This document shows positions 1 through 12,993 of a DNA stretch of 64,000 bases, piece after piece (positions within the stretch are counted from its first letter, which is position 1; every line of letters starts with the position of its first letter). Location of the stretch: assembly GCA_964016885.1 (NCBI GenBank), contig OZ024742.1, positions 350,486,001 to 350,550,000 of the forward strand, read 5' to 3'. A model generated the notes under the pieces. The model was not told the origin of the DNA. It did no database searches and saw only the letters and a list, made by a program, of their open reading frames with translations. The position numbers and the translations under genes are program-made. Source of the DNA: Eledone cirrhosa. Taxonomy: Eukaryota.

Positions 1-1756
1 GAGTTTCAGTATAATGTCGTCATACAATTTAGAGTTTCAGTATAATGTCGTCATACAGTTTAGATTTTCTGTATAATGTCGTCATACAGTTTAGAGTTTC
101 TGGATAATGTCGTCATACAATTTAGAGTTTCAGTATAATGTCGTCATACAATTTAGAGTTTCTGTATAATGTCGTCATACAGTTTAGATTTTCTGTATAA
201 TGTCGTCATACAATTTAGAGTTTCAGTATAATGTCGTCATACAATTTAGAGTTTCTGGATAATGTCGTCATACAGTTTAGAGTTTCTGGATAATGTCGTC
301 ATACAGTTTAGAGTTTCTGGATAATGTCGTCATACAATTTAGAGTTTCAGTATAATGTCGTCATACAATTTAGAGTTTCTGGATAATGTCGTCATACAGT
401 TTAGAGTTTCTGGATAATGTCGTCATACAGTTTAGAGTTTCTGGATAATGTCGTCATACAATTTAGAGTTTCTGTATAATGTCGTCATACAGTTTAGAGT
501 TTCTGGATAATGTCGTCATACAATTTAGAGTTTCTGGATAATGTCGTCATACAATTTAGAGTTTCTGGATAATGTCGTCATACAATTTAGAGTTTCTGTA
601 TAATGTCGTCATACAATTTAGAGTTTCTTGATAATGTCGTCATACAATTTAGAGTTTCTGGATAATGTCGTCATACAATTTAGAGTTTCTGGATAATGTC
701 GTCATACAATTTAGAGTTTCTGTATAATGTCGTCATACAGTTTAGAGTTTCTGTATAATGTCGTCATACAGTTTAGAGTTTCTGGATAATGTCGTCATAC
801 AGTTTAGAGTTTCTGGATAATGTCGTCATACAATTTAGAGTTTCTGGATAATGTCGTCATACAGTTTAGAGTTTCTGGATAATGTCGTCATACAATTTAG
901 AGTTTCTGGATAATGTCGTCATACAGTTTAGAGTTTCTTTATAATGTCGTCATACAGTTCAGAGTTTCTGTATAATGTCGTCATACAATTTAGAGTTTCT
1001 GTATAATGTCGTCATACAGTTTAGAGTTTCTCTATAATGTCGTCATACAATTTAGAGTTTCTGTATAATGTCGTCATACAGTTTAGAGTTTCTGTATAAT
1101 GTCGTCATACAGTTTAGAGTTTCTGTATAATGTCGTCATACAATTTAGAGTTTCTGTATAATGTCGTCATACAGTTTAGAGTTTCTGTATAATGTCGTCA
1201 TACAATTTAGAGTTTCAGTATAATGTCGTCATACAGTTTAGAGTTTCTGTATAATGTCGTCATACAGTTTAGAGTTTCTGTATAATGTCGTCATACAGTT
1301 TAGAGTTTCTGTATAATGTCGTCATACAGTTTAGAGTTTCTAGATAATGTCGTCATACAATTTAGAGTTTCTGGATAATGTCGTCATACAATTTAGAGTT
1401 TCTGGATAATGTCGTCATACAATTTAGAGTTTCTGGATAATGTCGTCATACAATTTAGAGTTTCTGGATAATGTCGTCATACAATTTAGAGTTTCTGGAT
1501 AATGTCGTCATACAATTTAGAGTTTCTGGATAATGTCGTCATACAGTTTAGAGTTTCTGGATAATGTCGTCATACAGTTTAGAGTTTCTGGATAATGTCG
1601 TCATACAGTTTAGAGTTTCTGGATAATGTCGTCATACAATTTAGAGTTTCTGGATAATGTCGTCATACAATTTAGAGTTTCTGGATAATGTCGTCATACA
1701 GTTTAGAGTTTCTGGATAATGTCGTCATACAGTTTAGAGTTTCTGGATAATGTCGT
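1..1756. repeat. 31-bp tandem satellite/minisatellite, about 56 copies, runs off the left edge
   Basis: Unit GAGTTTCTG(G/T)ATAATGTCGTCATACA(A/G)TTTA repeated head-to-tail with no spacers; variation limited to a few positions. Confidence 0.97.
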
Positions 1757-3940
1757 AGATCTTTCACTAATCTGAGTAGTGTCCATTTGTTGCTTTTTAT
1801 TTCAGGTCAATAGTAATGGAACAAATCTATGATCAAATATATTCTAACCGTGACCATCCAATGTTACCATGTACTAAGTTATTCAAAGTATCTTTACCGC
1901 TTTTAAGACGGTAGAATTATATGTAAAGGGAGTTTGTTTCTATTTCAAACAGGTCAAGCAGATGCGGTAGAGTCTCCCTTTGTTGTATAAAGTAATGTCA
2001 TATTTAATGAAGACAGAACAGACGCAGTGAGAGTCTATATTCCTGCTATGTTGTATTTATGATGTAAATGATGTAATATATGTCTGACATTTAAAGTATT
2101 TCCTTGTGATTTAATATTGCGCTCTTCATTGAGGCAATTGTTCAGGAACCCTTTAACCGCCGGCGATAATTCAAGTATCTGTATTGATGTAAGGATCTCT
2201 TAAGGCGCTACTCTATCATAGGGATTTTCTAATATATCTTGGCAATACACAAGTTCTTCGCTTTCGTCTGTAGCTTTCTAATATTGTTTTTAGTTATTAA
2301 TAGTTGATCTTATTGGTTTCACAGTAACCTTGTATACTCCAAATATACGTTTTATCAATTCCGTTTATATTTTATGAATTTTAGCGGTTTCTTCCTACAA
2401 TAGCTTGTATTCTGTGGGAATATTATGTTCATTATAGTGTTACTTCATATTTTAATGTTTTCCTTGGTTTGGTGATTATTTCCTATGGGTTTTGAAACGT
2501 TTCTACTTGCTGCATTTAGTTAACTTTCAGGGTTCAGGATTTTCTTATGTAATTCAAAATAAACAAATTCGTTTATAGAACATCAATTTGTTTTAATTCT
2601 TTGATTCGTGACTCCCAACTGTGTAATCCCCCTGGAAGCAGCATGATCAATGGCTATGATGTTTGATTTGCATTCATAGCGTCTAGGGTTCTAACTCAGT
2701 GCATGGAAATTTGGGCACATGTAGGTTACAATAGCTGTAGGTCATTCCAAGGCTTATAATTAAAGTTGGGTTGAGGGAGACTGTGTAGAAGCCTACCAGA
2801 TGAACCGAGCCTTCAATGTGTGTCACCTGCTGTGTCACGCTGGAACTTTTAATTGGAAACGTGTGAATGTGGTAAGACACTCTCAGGGGAGGTGGAGAGC
2901 AGAATGTCTTCAGAGAAGACCCCCCACCTCAAGTGAGTATTTCTGCCCTTAACGTCTGACACTCTAAGGAGGAAGGGCTGTATCCATGACACCCATGTGC
3001 CCTTCTGCTGACTTTAACTGTTCAAAAATGGAAGACTTGCTGTGTATTTAAACTCTATGGATATTTTGTTGATAGGATTTAGCTGGAACTCTTCTCCGTT
3101 GCCTCTACTTTCACTTATATTTAGTCACTTTCTTGAAATGGAAAATAACGATGGTAGTCATGGTAGCGGTGTGACTGGAATATACAGCGATTTAAACGCT
3201 GATGAAATAAAATGGACCGTCCGTTGACCTAACATTTGGAGCAGCCATGTTCGAAATCGATGGAGCTTTATTTAATATATTCGATGTATTCTTCAAATCT
3301 ATCCGTTGTATTTATCTCAGTTATTGATCATGTTAAATTAAAAGACAACTATAAACAATCTCATCTTGTATCTCATATGTTTACCCTTTACTTTCGGGTT
3401 CAGGTTTTATCGTTGTTCTTGAGATCCTGGTGAATATATTTTTCACAGGGCAGAGTTTCCTCTGTATCTTCTTAATGTTTTTGTTTCTTTGACATCAGCA
3501 CCATTAATGGAATGCCACCCGCCCTGGTGTACGTTCGTCAATTTGTATCATGATATCTCTAGCTAATAAATTATACCTCGACCTGCTCGAATCATTAGCC
3601 GTATCTTCATCAAATCTCAGATTTAAAACAGAAAGACGCTCTAAATAATGTAGTCTCTGATACACTGTTTCTGATAAAAAGCTAAACAATTATTTGCTCA
3701 TAAGTCTGTTTAATCGGAGCTTCACTCTGGCTAAATTATCATGTGAAATTATTCTTTTTATTAAATGTAATATTCCAGTGGTGTGAGTTCTCTCTCTCTA
3801 ATTTATGTTTCATATTCGATCGTGTTCTTTTCTCTTCGTACCTACGAGGTAATTTTTATTTGCATGAGGTTTGAACTCACTTAATTTTTTTTTACATAAC
3901 CTGGAAATATTGCATCTCATATCTGTTCTTTATTTTCTGT

Positions 3941-4131
3941 TAATAATTGTTTCTACTTTTGGCACAAGGCCAGCAATTACGCAGTATATTACTGGTACTT
4001 ATTTTATCGACCCCGTAAGGATGAAAGGCAAAGTTACCCTCGACTGGATTTGAACTCAGGCCGTAATGGGACGCAACTATGCTAGAAAGCATGGCGTCCA
4101 ACCCTCTACCGATACTGCCAATTCACCGCCC
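3941..4131 (-). mobile_element. tRNA-derived SINE (octopus-type, Meta-domain-like), full length
   Basis: Reverse complement of the family consensus: GGGCGGTG head, A-box TGGCAGTATCGG, B-box GAGTTCAAATCC, central GCCTTTCATCCTTACGGGGTCGATAAAATAAAGTACCAG, ATT-repeat tail. Confidence 0.9.
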
Positions 4132-4857
4132 TTTTCTGTTAACAATGTTATGTTGTGTGGTCATGTGAGGGTAAATTGGCAGAGGCATTAAAACGTCGGA
4201 TGGAATGTTTTGTGGTATTTGTTACGGTTCTCTGCTCTGCTGAGGCCAACTTTACCTTATTTCAAGGTCGATAAAACACTACCGGCCAAGTATTAAGAGG
4301 GTTGGTGCCTTCACTATATCCTTGATCAACCATGGAGAGGCAAGAGGCTCCGCCAGGTTTAAACATGTTCTGAAAACGCCATATGTCAATGCGGTGCCCC
4401 TACTACTCCCTCATGAGTTGCAGGACGAGGCATGTATGCAATGTGGATTCAGATGCATTTTCCTGCGATGTTTTACGATGTCTTCTATTGCATTTTATTT
4501 AGAATTTACTTTCTATATTTTCTCACTCAACTAAAATTATTTAGACATTCTCTCTTTTGTCTCACCCTCAATACATATTTACATAGATAGCATTACAATA
4601 AATATATACATAGATAGCATTTCAAATTGCTCACAGTTTTTTAACATGAAAATATGAGTACAGATGTAAAAGCATATAACAAAAACAATTAACTATTGCT
4701 AAGAACGTCACAAATACAACACACCAAAATATATAACCAGGGCGAGACGAAGAAAAAAGGGAAGCAAAAACAAAAACGACCTTCAATTCAACACCGAGTG
4801 CGACAATCGGCCGCACATCATATTACAAGGGTCAACGGTATATATAGAGGCAATCAA

Positions 4858-4999
4858 ATACACTAGTAGCATTACCAGCGGTGGGGGCAAGGCTAAGGTG
4901 TTGAAATAACCAGGGCACCTTCACAGTAATATACTGGTAGCATTACCATGGGTGAGGGGAAGCCTAATGTGTTGAAACAACCAGGCACCCTCACAGTAA
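4858..4999. repeat. Imperfect ~70-bp tandem duplication
   Basis: Two diverged copies of TAGCATTACCA...GTGTTGAAA..ACCAGG.CACC.TCACAGTAA. Confidence 0.75.
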
Positions 5000-5834
5000 G
5001 GTGAACGCCTCTCGGACGCCACATTTGCTTGTAGACGTGTATCGAGACATCTTTGAGAGATTTTGGAATATGATTTCGTGTATTTTCTGATGTTTATAAC
5101 ATTAAATTATGAATTTAAGACATCTAACCACTTAGCTGCCTTCTATACCTGTCCCATATGTTTAGTTTTCTATTGTAACCTTGACAACGGTTCAGTCTAG
5201 GCACGAAATTGCTCCATTGTTTGTTTCTTTTAGTCTTTATTATTGTGAAAATGTTGTTACCATCAGTTTAGTATAATGTCATGTTTATAAAATGAATATT
5301 AATTTAATTTAATATGCGTTCTTTGCAAGAAATTTCAACATTTTCCAAGCTAACTATTCTCAATTTGTGGCATAGTTATAGATGATAGCATGATAATGAG
5401 GAGTGAATGGAAACAAAGAGATATCAAAATCTAATAAAATTTGGTTTGTAGCTAGAAACACGAGTATTCAGAGATCAATATTGATTAAATAGAAGTTAGC
5501 AAAGTATACAGAACATGGCTAAAGAGAATAGCACAATTGCTTTATATGTTAAAACCTTCCTGTATTTTTCTCAAATAAATACTTACATAAACAAAGCCAC
5601 ACTTGTAATGCAATATGTGAGAAACATATTTGGCGGGTTGGGGGTGGGGTTATGTATAGCTTTAGTGGATCAAACTATTAGCGGGGTTGGGTGGTGGAGC
5701 TTTAGTGGATTAAACAATTCCCAATATTTCATTTGTAATTTATTGTACGGCCCTCGGAGGTTTAACATGCAAAATTGACATCGTTGGGATTTCAATTCAA
5801 AATGTAATGGATTAAATATATGAGTATGTGGTTT

Positions 5835-6256
5835 CAATGTCTCAGGAAAGAATTGTTGAATAGATTTTACGAGCAAAAACAACTGACAGGAGACTCAGGG
5901 GTAGACATCAAGCAAGATGGTTGGATAACAAATATGAGCTTGGTTGGTCTCGCTTGGAGTTCATTCAGATCAGTTGGAGACGGTAGCTTCTGACAGCCCC
6001 GTTTGAAGGAATGTTTAAGGACTCTGCCCTTATGACCATAGGAATATGTGGAAGAAGAAGAAGAAGAAGAAGAAGAAGAAGAAGAAGAAGAAGAAGAAGA
6101 AGAAGAAGAAGAAGAAATAGACGAAGAAAAAGAAAAAGAAAAAGAAAAAGAAAAAAAGAAAAAGAAAAAGAAAAAGAAGAAAAAGAAGAAAAAGAAAAAA
6201 AAAGAAAAAGCAAAAGAAAAAGAAGAAAAAGAAAAAGAAGAAGAAGAAAAAGAAGA
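5835..6256 (+). mobile_element. RTE-clade LINE 3' fragment with expanded (GAA)n/(GAAAAA)n tail
   Basis: 5835-6050 aligns by eye with 33500-33720 and 7990-8190 (TGGTTGGATAAC...CTGACAG); followed by a purine-rich tail at 6051-6256. Confidence 0.75.
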
Positions 6257-6422
6257 TTTAAAGACATTTGTTCGATAAAGGGTCTAAGTATGGGGACAGT
6301 TTCAGTACATACCTTCTGATGTCTTGATAGTTTACATGAGGTAACTTCATGGAATTTATTTCCATTACTTTATATTGACAATGAACCAGATGTCAGTAGT
6401 GTCCCCTTTTATTTCTTACTAA

Positions 6423-6622
6423 GGGTGGTAGATTGCAGAGCTTCGGACAAGATGCTTTGTGGCATAGTGGTATATCTCTTTACATTCAAATCCCCGCCGA
6501 GGTTAGCTTTGCCTTTCATCCTTACAAGGTCGATACAATAAAACACCAGCGATGAACTGGGGTCGATTTCGTCGACTTGCCCCTTCCCACAAATTGCTGG
6601 CCTTGTGCCTAAATCAGGAACC
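6423..6622 (+). mobile_element. SINE, older related subfamily
   Basis: TTCAAATCCCCGCCGAGGTTAGCTTTGCCTTTCATCCTTACAAGGTCGATA core and GGCCTTGTGCC 3' end. Confidence 0.8.
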
Positions 6623-6666
6623 TGTTTTCTGCTTTCGATAAATGTGTTCAATTCCTAAACAGTAAA

Positions 6667-6858
6667 ATAATTGTTTCTACTTTTGGTAAAAGGCCAGCAA
6701 TTATCCCAGTGTATTACTGGTACATTATTTTATCGACCCCGTAAGGTTGAAAGGCAAAGTTAACCTCGGCGGGATTGAACTCAGACCATAAAGAGCCATA
6801 ACTCTTTGCTGAAAAGCATGGCGTCCGAACCTCTACCGATACTGACAGTCCACCGCCC
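6667..6858 (-). mobile_element. SINE, full length, with target-site duplication
   Basis: Family consensus on the minus strand; CTAAACAGTAAAATAAT present on both flanks (about 6655 and 6859). Confidence 0.92.
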
Positions 6859-7686
6859 CTAAACAGTAAAATAATATTCTCTATTTCTTATGCTTAGCTG
6901 CTGTTCGTTGCCTTATCAAGGTTTAGTTATATACTGATTATAGACTTGTACACTGTACTCCAATGTAGTTATAGTTATCCGTCTTCGAGATCACAGAATA
7001 ACCTAGATTCTCTAATACAATCCAACATGGCAATAAACAACCTTCACACAATAACCTATAAACTCCAATACAATCACACCACATTATCGTAATAAATACA
7101 CACAGACAATAACCTATATTCTACCGTACAATCATATTACATTGTTTCCTTGATCGTCACACATATAATAACCTATATTATCCAATATACACACGTTAGC
7201 TTCAATTCCTAGATATTGACACATTGTCTGTTACTTCCTTGTACTAGTTTCGGACAGGCATATGTAAATAAATGTTTATGAGAATCTCACGTTGCTTTGC
7301 ATTCAAATGCAAGAAGAATAACAAGAATAATGCTCATGGCCATCTTCAGAGAAGTCCCAGGCTGTTGAAGATATCTCAGGAGAGAAAATAGGTCTCCGTT
7401 CTGCTGAAAATTATAGGAAGAAAAACGCAATTCGAGCGAGATTGGCTGAGCTGTGTTTTATCAAAGTGTTTACAATTAGACTCCCATACAGATATCCAAG
7501 AAGAATGTGCATGCGCTCGTAACCGTCTGGCAGGTTAACTCTATCTAACTGAACCACTATATTTTCAAGACATTCGACGGGATTCCACATAGTTACTGCC
7601 TAAGGATTACACTCAAACTTTTGGGGTCGACATGAGGCTATAATATTCGTTCCAACCCTTACCTATGGTCATTAATCTTGGGTAAT

Positions 7687-7860
7687 GGCGGTGGATTGGC
7701 AGTATCGGTAGAGGGTCGGACGCCATGATTTCCAGCATAGTTACGTCCATTTACGATCTGAGTTCAAATCCCGCCGGGGTTTACTTTGCCTTTCATCCTT
7801 ATGGGGTCGATAAAATAAAGTACCAGTAATGCACTGGGTAATTACTGGCCTAGTGCCTAA
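7687..7860 (+). mobile_element. SINE lacking its tail
   Basis: GGCGGTGGATTGGCAGTATCGG...GAGTTCAAATCC...GCCTTTCATCC...GTGCCTAA. Confidence 0.9.
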
Positions 7861-7861
7861 C

Positions 7862-8200
7862 CGAAGGGTTATGGGAGTAAAGTTACTCGATAGAGAGCAT
7901 AGCTCGGATATCAGAGAGTCACTCCAGGTAGAGCCGTTATTTTACCGAATTGAGAGATTACAGCTTCGATACTCAAGGTAAGAGGTTAAAATTTCTCAGG
8001 AAACGATCATTGGACAGATTTTACGGGAAAAACTAACCGGCAACAGACCTAGGAGTAAATCCCGAGGAACATGGTTGGATAACATCCATGAGTTTGGCTG
8101 GTCTTGCTTAGGGATCCAGCCAGATCAGTTGGAGTTGGTTGTTTCTGACAGGACACGCTGGAAGAAGTGTTTAAGAGATTTGCACCAATGAATTTCTCAA
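7862..8200 (+). mobile_element. RTE-clade LINE 3' fragment
   Basis: GTTACTCGATA...AGAGAGTCACT.CAGGTAGAGCCG...CCGAATTGAGAGAT matches 33390-33470. Confidence 0.8.
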
Positions 8201-9856
8201 GAGGAAGGAGAATGAGAATGAGGAGGACGGGAAAGCAGGAGAAGGGGAGGAGCAGGAAGAGAAAGAAGGGAATGATGAAAAAGAGGAACACATTCAATAT
8301 TAAGCGAAACTATTCCCCACTACGCCAGACCAGGTATAACATAAGTTGATATATTGCGGTGCTGTTGACAAATCTAAAAGTAAACACTGATGTAAAGTAA
8401 GGCTTGTATGTGTCTGTCATGAGTGCAAACCTAATACAAATATCTGATACTCCGTTCATAAGACAGAAGAATCAGTTATAGGATTGCATCTTTAGATTTA
8501 TTAGCATACACTTAATGTATTAGAGTATATATGTGTATTTAATGCGGGGTCAAGATTGATATCGTTGCTAATTTATAATTAAGATATGTTAATTTATATT
8601 TCCACATGTTGATTATTGTTCTCACTGATGGAGGTTATCCCTGTCCAAACAGACATATTATCAATAGCGCTCCAACTGAGAACATCCCACTTTTCTAATG
8701 TTTCTATCTTTATTTCAAATGGCTGTGAGTGAAGGTTATTAGGCTGCTATTTCTAACAGGTCAAATGACACCGTAGAGACATAATTGTTGCAGTGGTTGT
8801 AAATGTATGACATCTAAAACAGAACAAGCTTTGTTTATTTTTTATACTACTTTTGTGATGCGACAGGATTTACAAATCCTATTTTCTGTGTTTATCCCAA
8901 ATTTCCAATATTTGAAGCCTGAATTTACTGTAACCTAATGTAGTAGTTTGTCTTTAACAAGAGGTTTTCCCGTACAAACCTCTCCAGATTGTCTTTGTTT
9001 CTACTCTGACAGCTGCTTCTTCTATAACTCTAGTCATCTTATTTAATATTCACTAGACTGTTGTGAGGTTTCTTTTATCTATGATATTAAAGAATATTCA
9101 CAGTTTTTAATGTATTTGCTAAATTGTAGCTTTGCTGAAATATATCGTTGAAAATCTCTCCGTAATTTCTTTTCTTCTTTCATATCCTATTGTTCGTATA
9201 TTTCCTAAAACTTATACTTTTCCCTCTTCTTTCTAATATTTCAATCTTTTCTGTCTATTTTACATCCTATTTTTAAGACTCTTATCTATCTTCAGAGCTT
9301 CCTTTCAATTGCTTTTATCTACAGAGTTATTATGGATGTGGAAACGAATTCATTTACTTTTTCCTTGAGGGTATCCACCATAACTTTAGATATGACAACT
9401 GCAACTGTGTTGGTTAATCGTCTGAATGTTTTCATGTTATATCTTTCGAAAACATCTTCGAATACCTTATTAGAAACTTGTTATGGTTTTCCTTCGCATT
9501 CTCTGTCTCCTCTTTATATGTGTCCCCCTTCTTTTCCTTCTCCTTTTCAAGATTAGGTTTTCAATAGTTTCATGTGAGTTTCTTCTGTAGAATCAGATGA
9601 ACATCCGTCTTTCTCGAAGTTTCTGCGAAATTATCTTTTGAGGGAGTATCGCTCTCCCTGAGAATTATATTATGAGAGCACATGTCTGTGGAATGCTCAG
9701 CCACTTACAGGTTAATTTCATATGCAGGCCGTTTCATTGATTGAAATAACTGGTACACTTGTTGTCGAAAACGACGTAGGTCTAACAACAACAGCGAGAT
9801 GGTGTACTCATCAGTGTATCATATTATATTGTTTCCTGGTGTCTACTGTCTATATG

Positions 9857-10080
9857 GTGGTGGGCGTCTGGTGGTAAAAAGGTTGCACTTACGATCATAA
9901 TGTCGTGGGTTCGATTCTTGAACTGGGTTGAGTCGTGTCCTTGAGCAAAACACTTAATTTAACGTTGTAGTAGTATATTTAGTTGTAATAGCTGGGGATT
10001 TAACCCTGCAATTGACTGGCGTCTTGTCTAGTGGGAAGTCTTGAACTTTTATTTGTTTCACGCCACGAAACCGGTAAAAT
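9857..10080 (+). mobile_element. Second tRNA-derived SINE family (CORE-like), decayed
   Basis: GGTTCGATTC B-box followed by GTGTCCTTGAGCAAAACACTT; resembles 32190-32551. Confidence 0.65.
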
Positions 10081-10230
10081 CAGCGCATAGAGTTATGTCT
10101 TTCTATGATCTGAGTTTAAATCCCACCGATGTTAGCTTTACCTTTCATCCTTACGGGGTTGATAAGATAAAGTTTCAGTCACACACATTTCTGGCCTTGT
10201 GCCTATATAAGAAATCATTATTTTATTATT

Positions 10231-10428
10231 GGGCGGTGGATTGGCAGTATCAGTAGAGAGTAGGACGCCATGCTTTCCAGCATAATTACGTCCCTTTACG
10301 GTCTGAGTTCAAATCCCGCCGAGGTTAACTTTGCCTTTCATCCTTACGGGGTCTATACAATAAAGTACCAGTAATGTACTGGGTATTGCTGGCTTTGTGC
10401 CAAAAGTAGAAACAATTATTTTATTATT
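10231..10428 (+). mobile_element. SINE, full length
   Basis: Complete family consensus with ATT tail. Confidence 0.92.
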
Positions 10429-10605
10429 GTTCTTTGAGTCTCAGTCATTGATGTTATTTAACTGGAAAGTTCACCTGATCCTTTTCTATCACCGACTCTG
10501 GCTTATGCTCATACCACTTCTCAGAATGTGGTGAATTGTTTACTTTGCATTATTGGCAGTATTGGCCTTGTGCCTAAAGTAGAGACAATTATTATTATTA
10601 TTATT

Positions 10606-10805
10606 GGGCGGTGGATTGGAAGTATCGGTAGAGGGTCGGACGCCATGCTTTCCAGCATAGTTACGTCCCTTTACGATCTGAGTTCAAATCCCGCCTAGGT
10701 TGACTTTGCCTTTCATCCTTACGAAGTGGATAAAATAAAGTACCAGTAATGCACTGGGTTATTGCTGGCCTTGTGCTTAAAGTAGAAACAATTATTATTA
10801 TTATT
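10606..10805 (+). mobile_element. SINE, full length
   Basis: Complete family consensus; inserted in an (ATT)n tail. Confidence 0.92.
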
Positions 10806-12691
10806 GACGGCAGTGGATTTACAGAATACTTAAAACATCAAACAAAATGATTTGCGACATTTAATTTCTGTCTTTAGTTCCTGTGTTGAAATCCTTCCAT
10901 GGCCACCTTTCCCTATATCTTTATGGTTTCGATAAAATCACATAACAGTAATGCCCTGGGGTCAATTTAAGCGACATTTCCTTCATCCCCAAATCGTTAG
11001 CTTTGTGCCTAAATAAGAAATCATTATTATTGATTAAAGTTGGAATTGTTTATCACGATACAAATGTTGAAAGAAAATGTTTTTGTTTCATATTCTAAAT
11101 ACGTAACATCTGAAATGTTTGATCTAGGGGATATGGAGTTCTGTTTGTCTTTTTCTAGGAATCTATATGACTTTAAACCAATTATTTCATTGTTATCTTT
11201 TTAGAAAAGGCTGTGGTAGCAGTAAGGGCGTTAGACAAACGTATCAACAGATATTACACGCCCAGGACTGACAATGAATACGTTGAAAACAACAAAGTGT
11301 TGGAGAAAGTATGACAAACAGAAAAAAATAATTTTCAAAGAGGCTGAGTTACAAACACGTTAACACTGAGATAGATATGAAAAAAAAAAAAAAAAAAGAT
11401 TTCACTAACAGATATATTTGTAAACACAGACTTGCATACTGACACACACAATTAATGTATAATGGTAAAAATATTGCTAACATTATATACACTAGCGGAA
11501 AAATCACCCTTTCGGTGGTTTTCTGCTAGTATGTGTAGTGTGCATATTGATATTAGACGCAATATAAACGTTATGATATAAAGATGCAAATATATGAACG
11601 TTTATATAAACGTTATAATATAGCGTCTGTTATATCATAACCGGAAGTACTGATATTTGAAAATATTAAAAGAAGTGAATCTTAAAATATATAAGAATAT
11701 TTATATTTAATCAGCAGCTACGAAATTGAGTACATAAATTATATAATATTCATTCATTATTTATTCAAAGTAATCCGAATTATTATATTAACGGGATAAA
11801 AAATATATTCAGGACACAGTCCCGCACTCCTCACTTTATTATATTATGGTGACCGGATTGATAGAGATACGCCAGTATCCGGAAAGATAAACGAGGACTA
11901 TGTTTCGAAGAACAGTGCCCCATTATCTCAGATATACATTTAGCAATGAATAAATTGATGTTATAATACTTCTTTCTTGTTAATAAGCAAATATACTTCA
12001 GCATGGCGAAACAGGAAAAATCGGAAAAGATTATGACCACTGGGAGGCAATGTGGTTTATTGTGAGCATTGAGAACCAAAGAAAAATAAGAGAAACGATA
12101 GAATAACAAGCCAGGTCGACTGATATAATTGTTTCTACTTTTGGCACAAGGCCAGCAATTACACAGTGTATTACTGGTACATCTCGATGGTCAAGACAAA
12201 ATCATTAGGAAATGAAGTACCAGTCTTTTAGTGTGCGGCTATAGGTTGAAGACGTAAGCCATCGACCGGAGACAGTCAAAATTAAGATTAAACATAAAAA
12301 ACACATAACACGTAGTATTCTCAGTACAAAGACCCGCAGGATACAAGAAGAAAAGCCGAACTCAAGCTGCGAAGTCAGGAGATTCAGAAGTTTTTATATA
12401 ACCACTAATGAACTGATGATTGATCTTAACCACCTAAGCAGGATTGGGGTAATGGTATGTATATTGATGGAGATGTGAGATAAAACTTCGTGAAATGTTT
12501 AAATAAATCAACAGATCAACCTATGAAATGATATATGTGAATATGTTTAATACAGCGTCAGGTTTCAAGCCTTGTCTAACACCTTCAATGTTCACGTTCG
12601 GGAGTCCCACATTCCAGTAACAATGGACAGGTTTGTTAGGTTCGTAGAGAAATATGTTGCTCATATTTAATAGTTATGATAATGATATTAA

Positions 12692-12885
12692 TAATAATTG
12701 TTTCTACTTTATGGCACAAGGCCAGAAATTAACCCAGTGTATTACTGGTACTTTATTTTATCGACCCCGTAAGGATGAAAGGCAAAGTTAACCTCGGCGG
12801 GATTTGAACTCAGTCCGTAAAGGGACGTAACTGTGCTGCAAAGCATGGCGCCCCCCTCTCTACCGATACTGCCAACCCCCCCTCC
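12692..12885 (-). mobile_element. SINE, near full length
   Basis: Family consensus on the minus strand; TGATATTAATAATAAT on both flanks. Confidence 0.9.
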
Positions 12886-12934
12886 TTGATATTAATAATA
12901 ATAATTAATAATAATACTGTTATATATATATATA

Positions 12935-12993
<59 letters not shown>

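Noticed and set aside
1-1756. CRISPR array
   Set aside because: Repeats are contiguous with no unique spacers, there are no cas genes, and the context is eukaryotic
5965-6319. Poly-R, poly-E/K and poly-L ORFs
   Set aside because: Translations of the (GAA)n LINE tail
7232-7356. Minus-strand CTGAAGA...GAAA CTAG TA motif
   Set aside because: Helix I is out of register by 3 nt and helix II is weak
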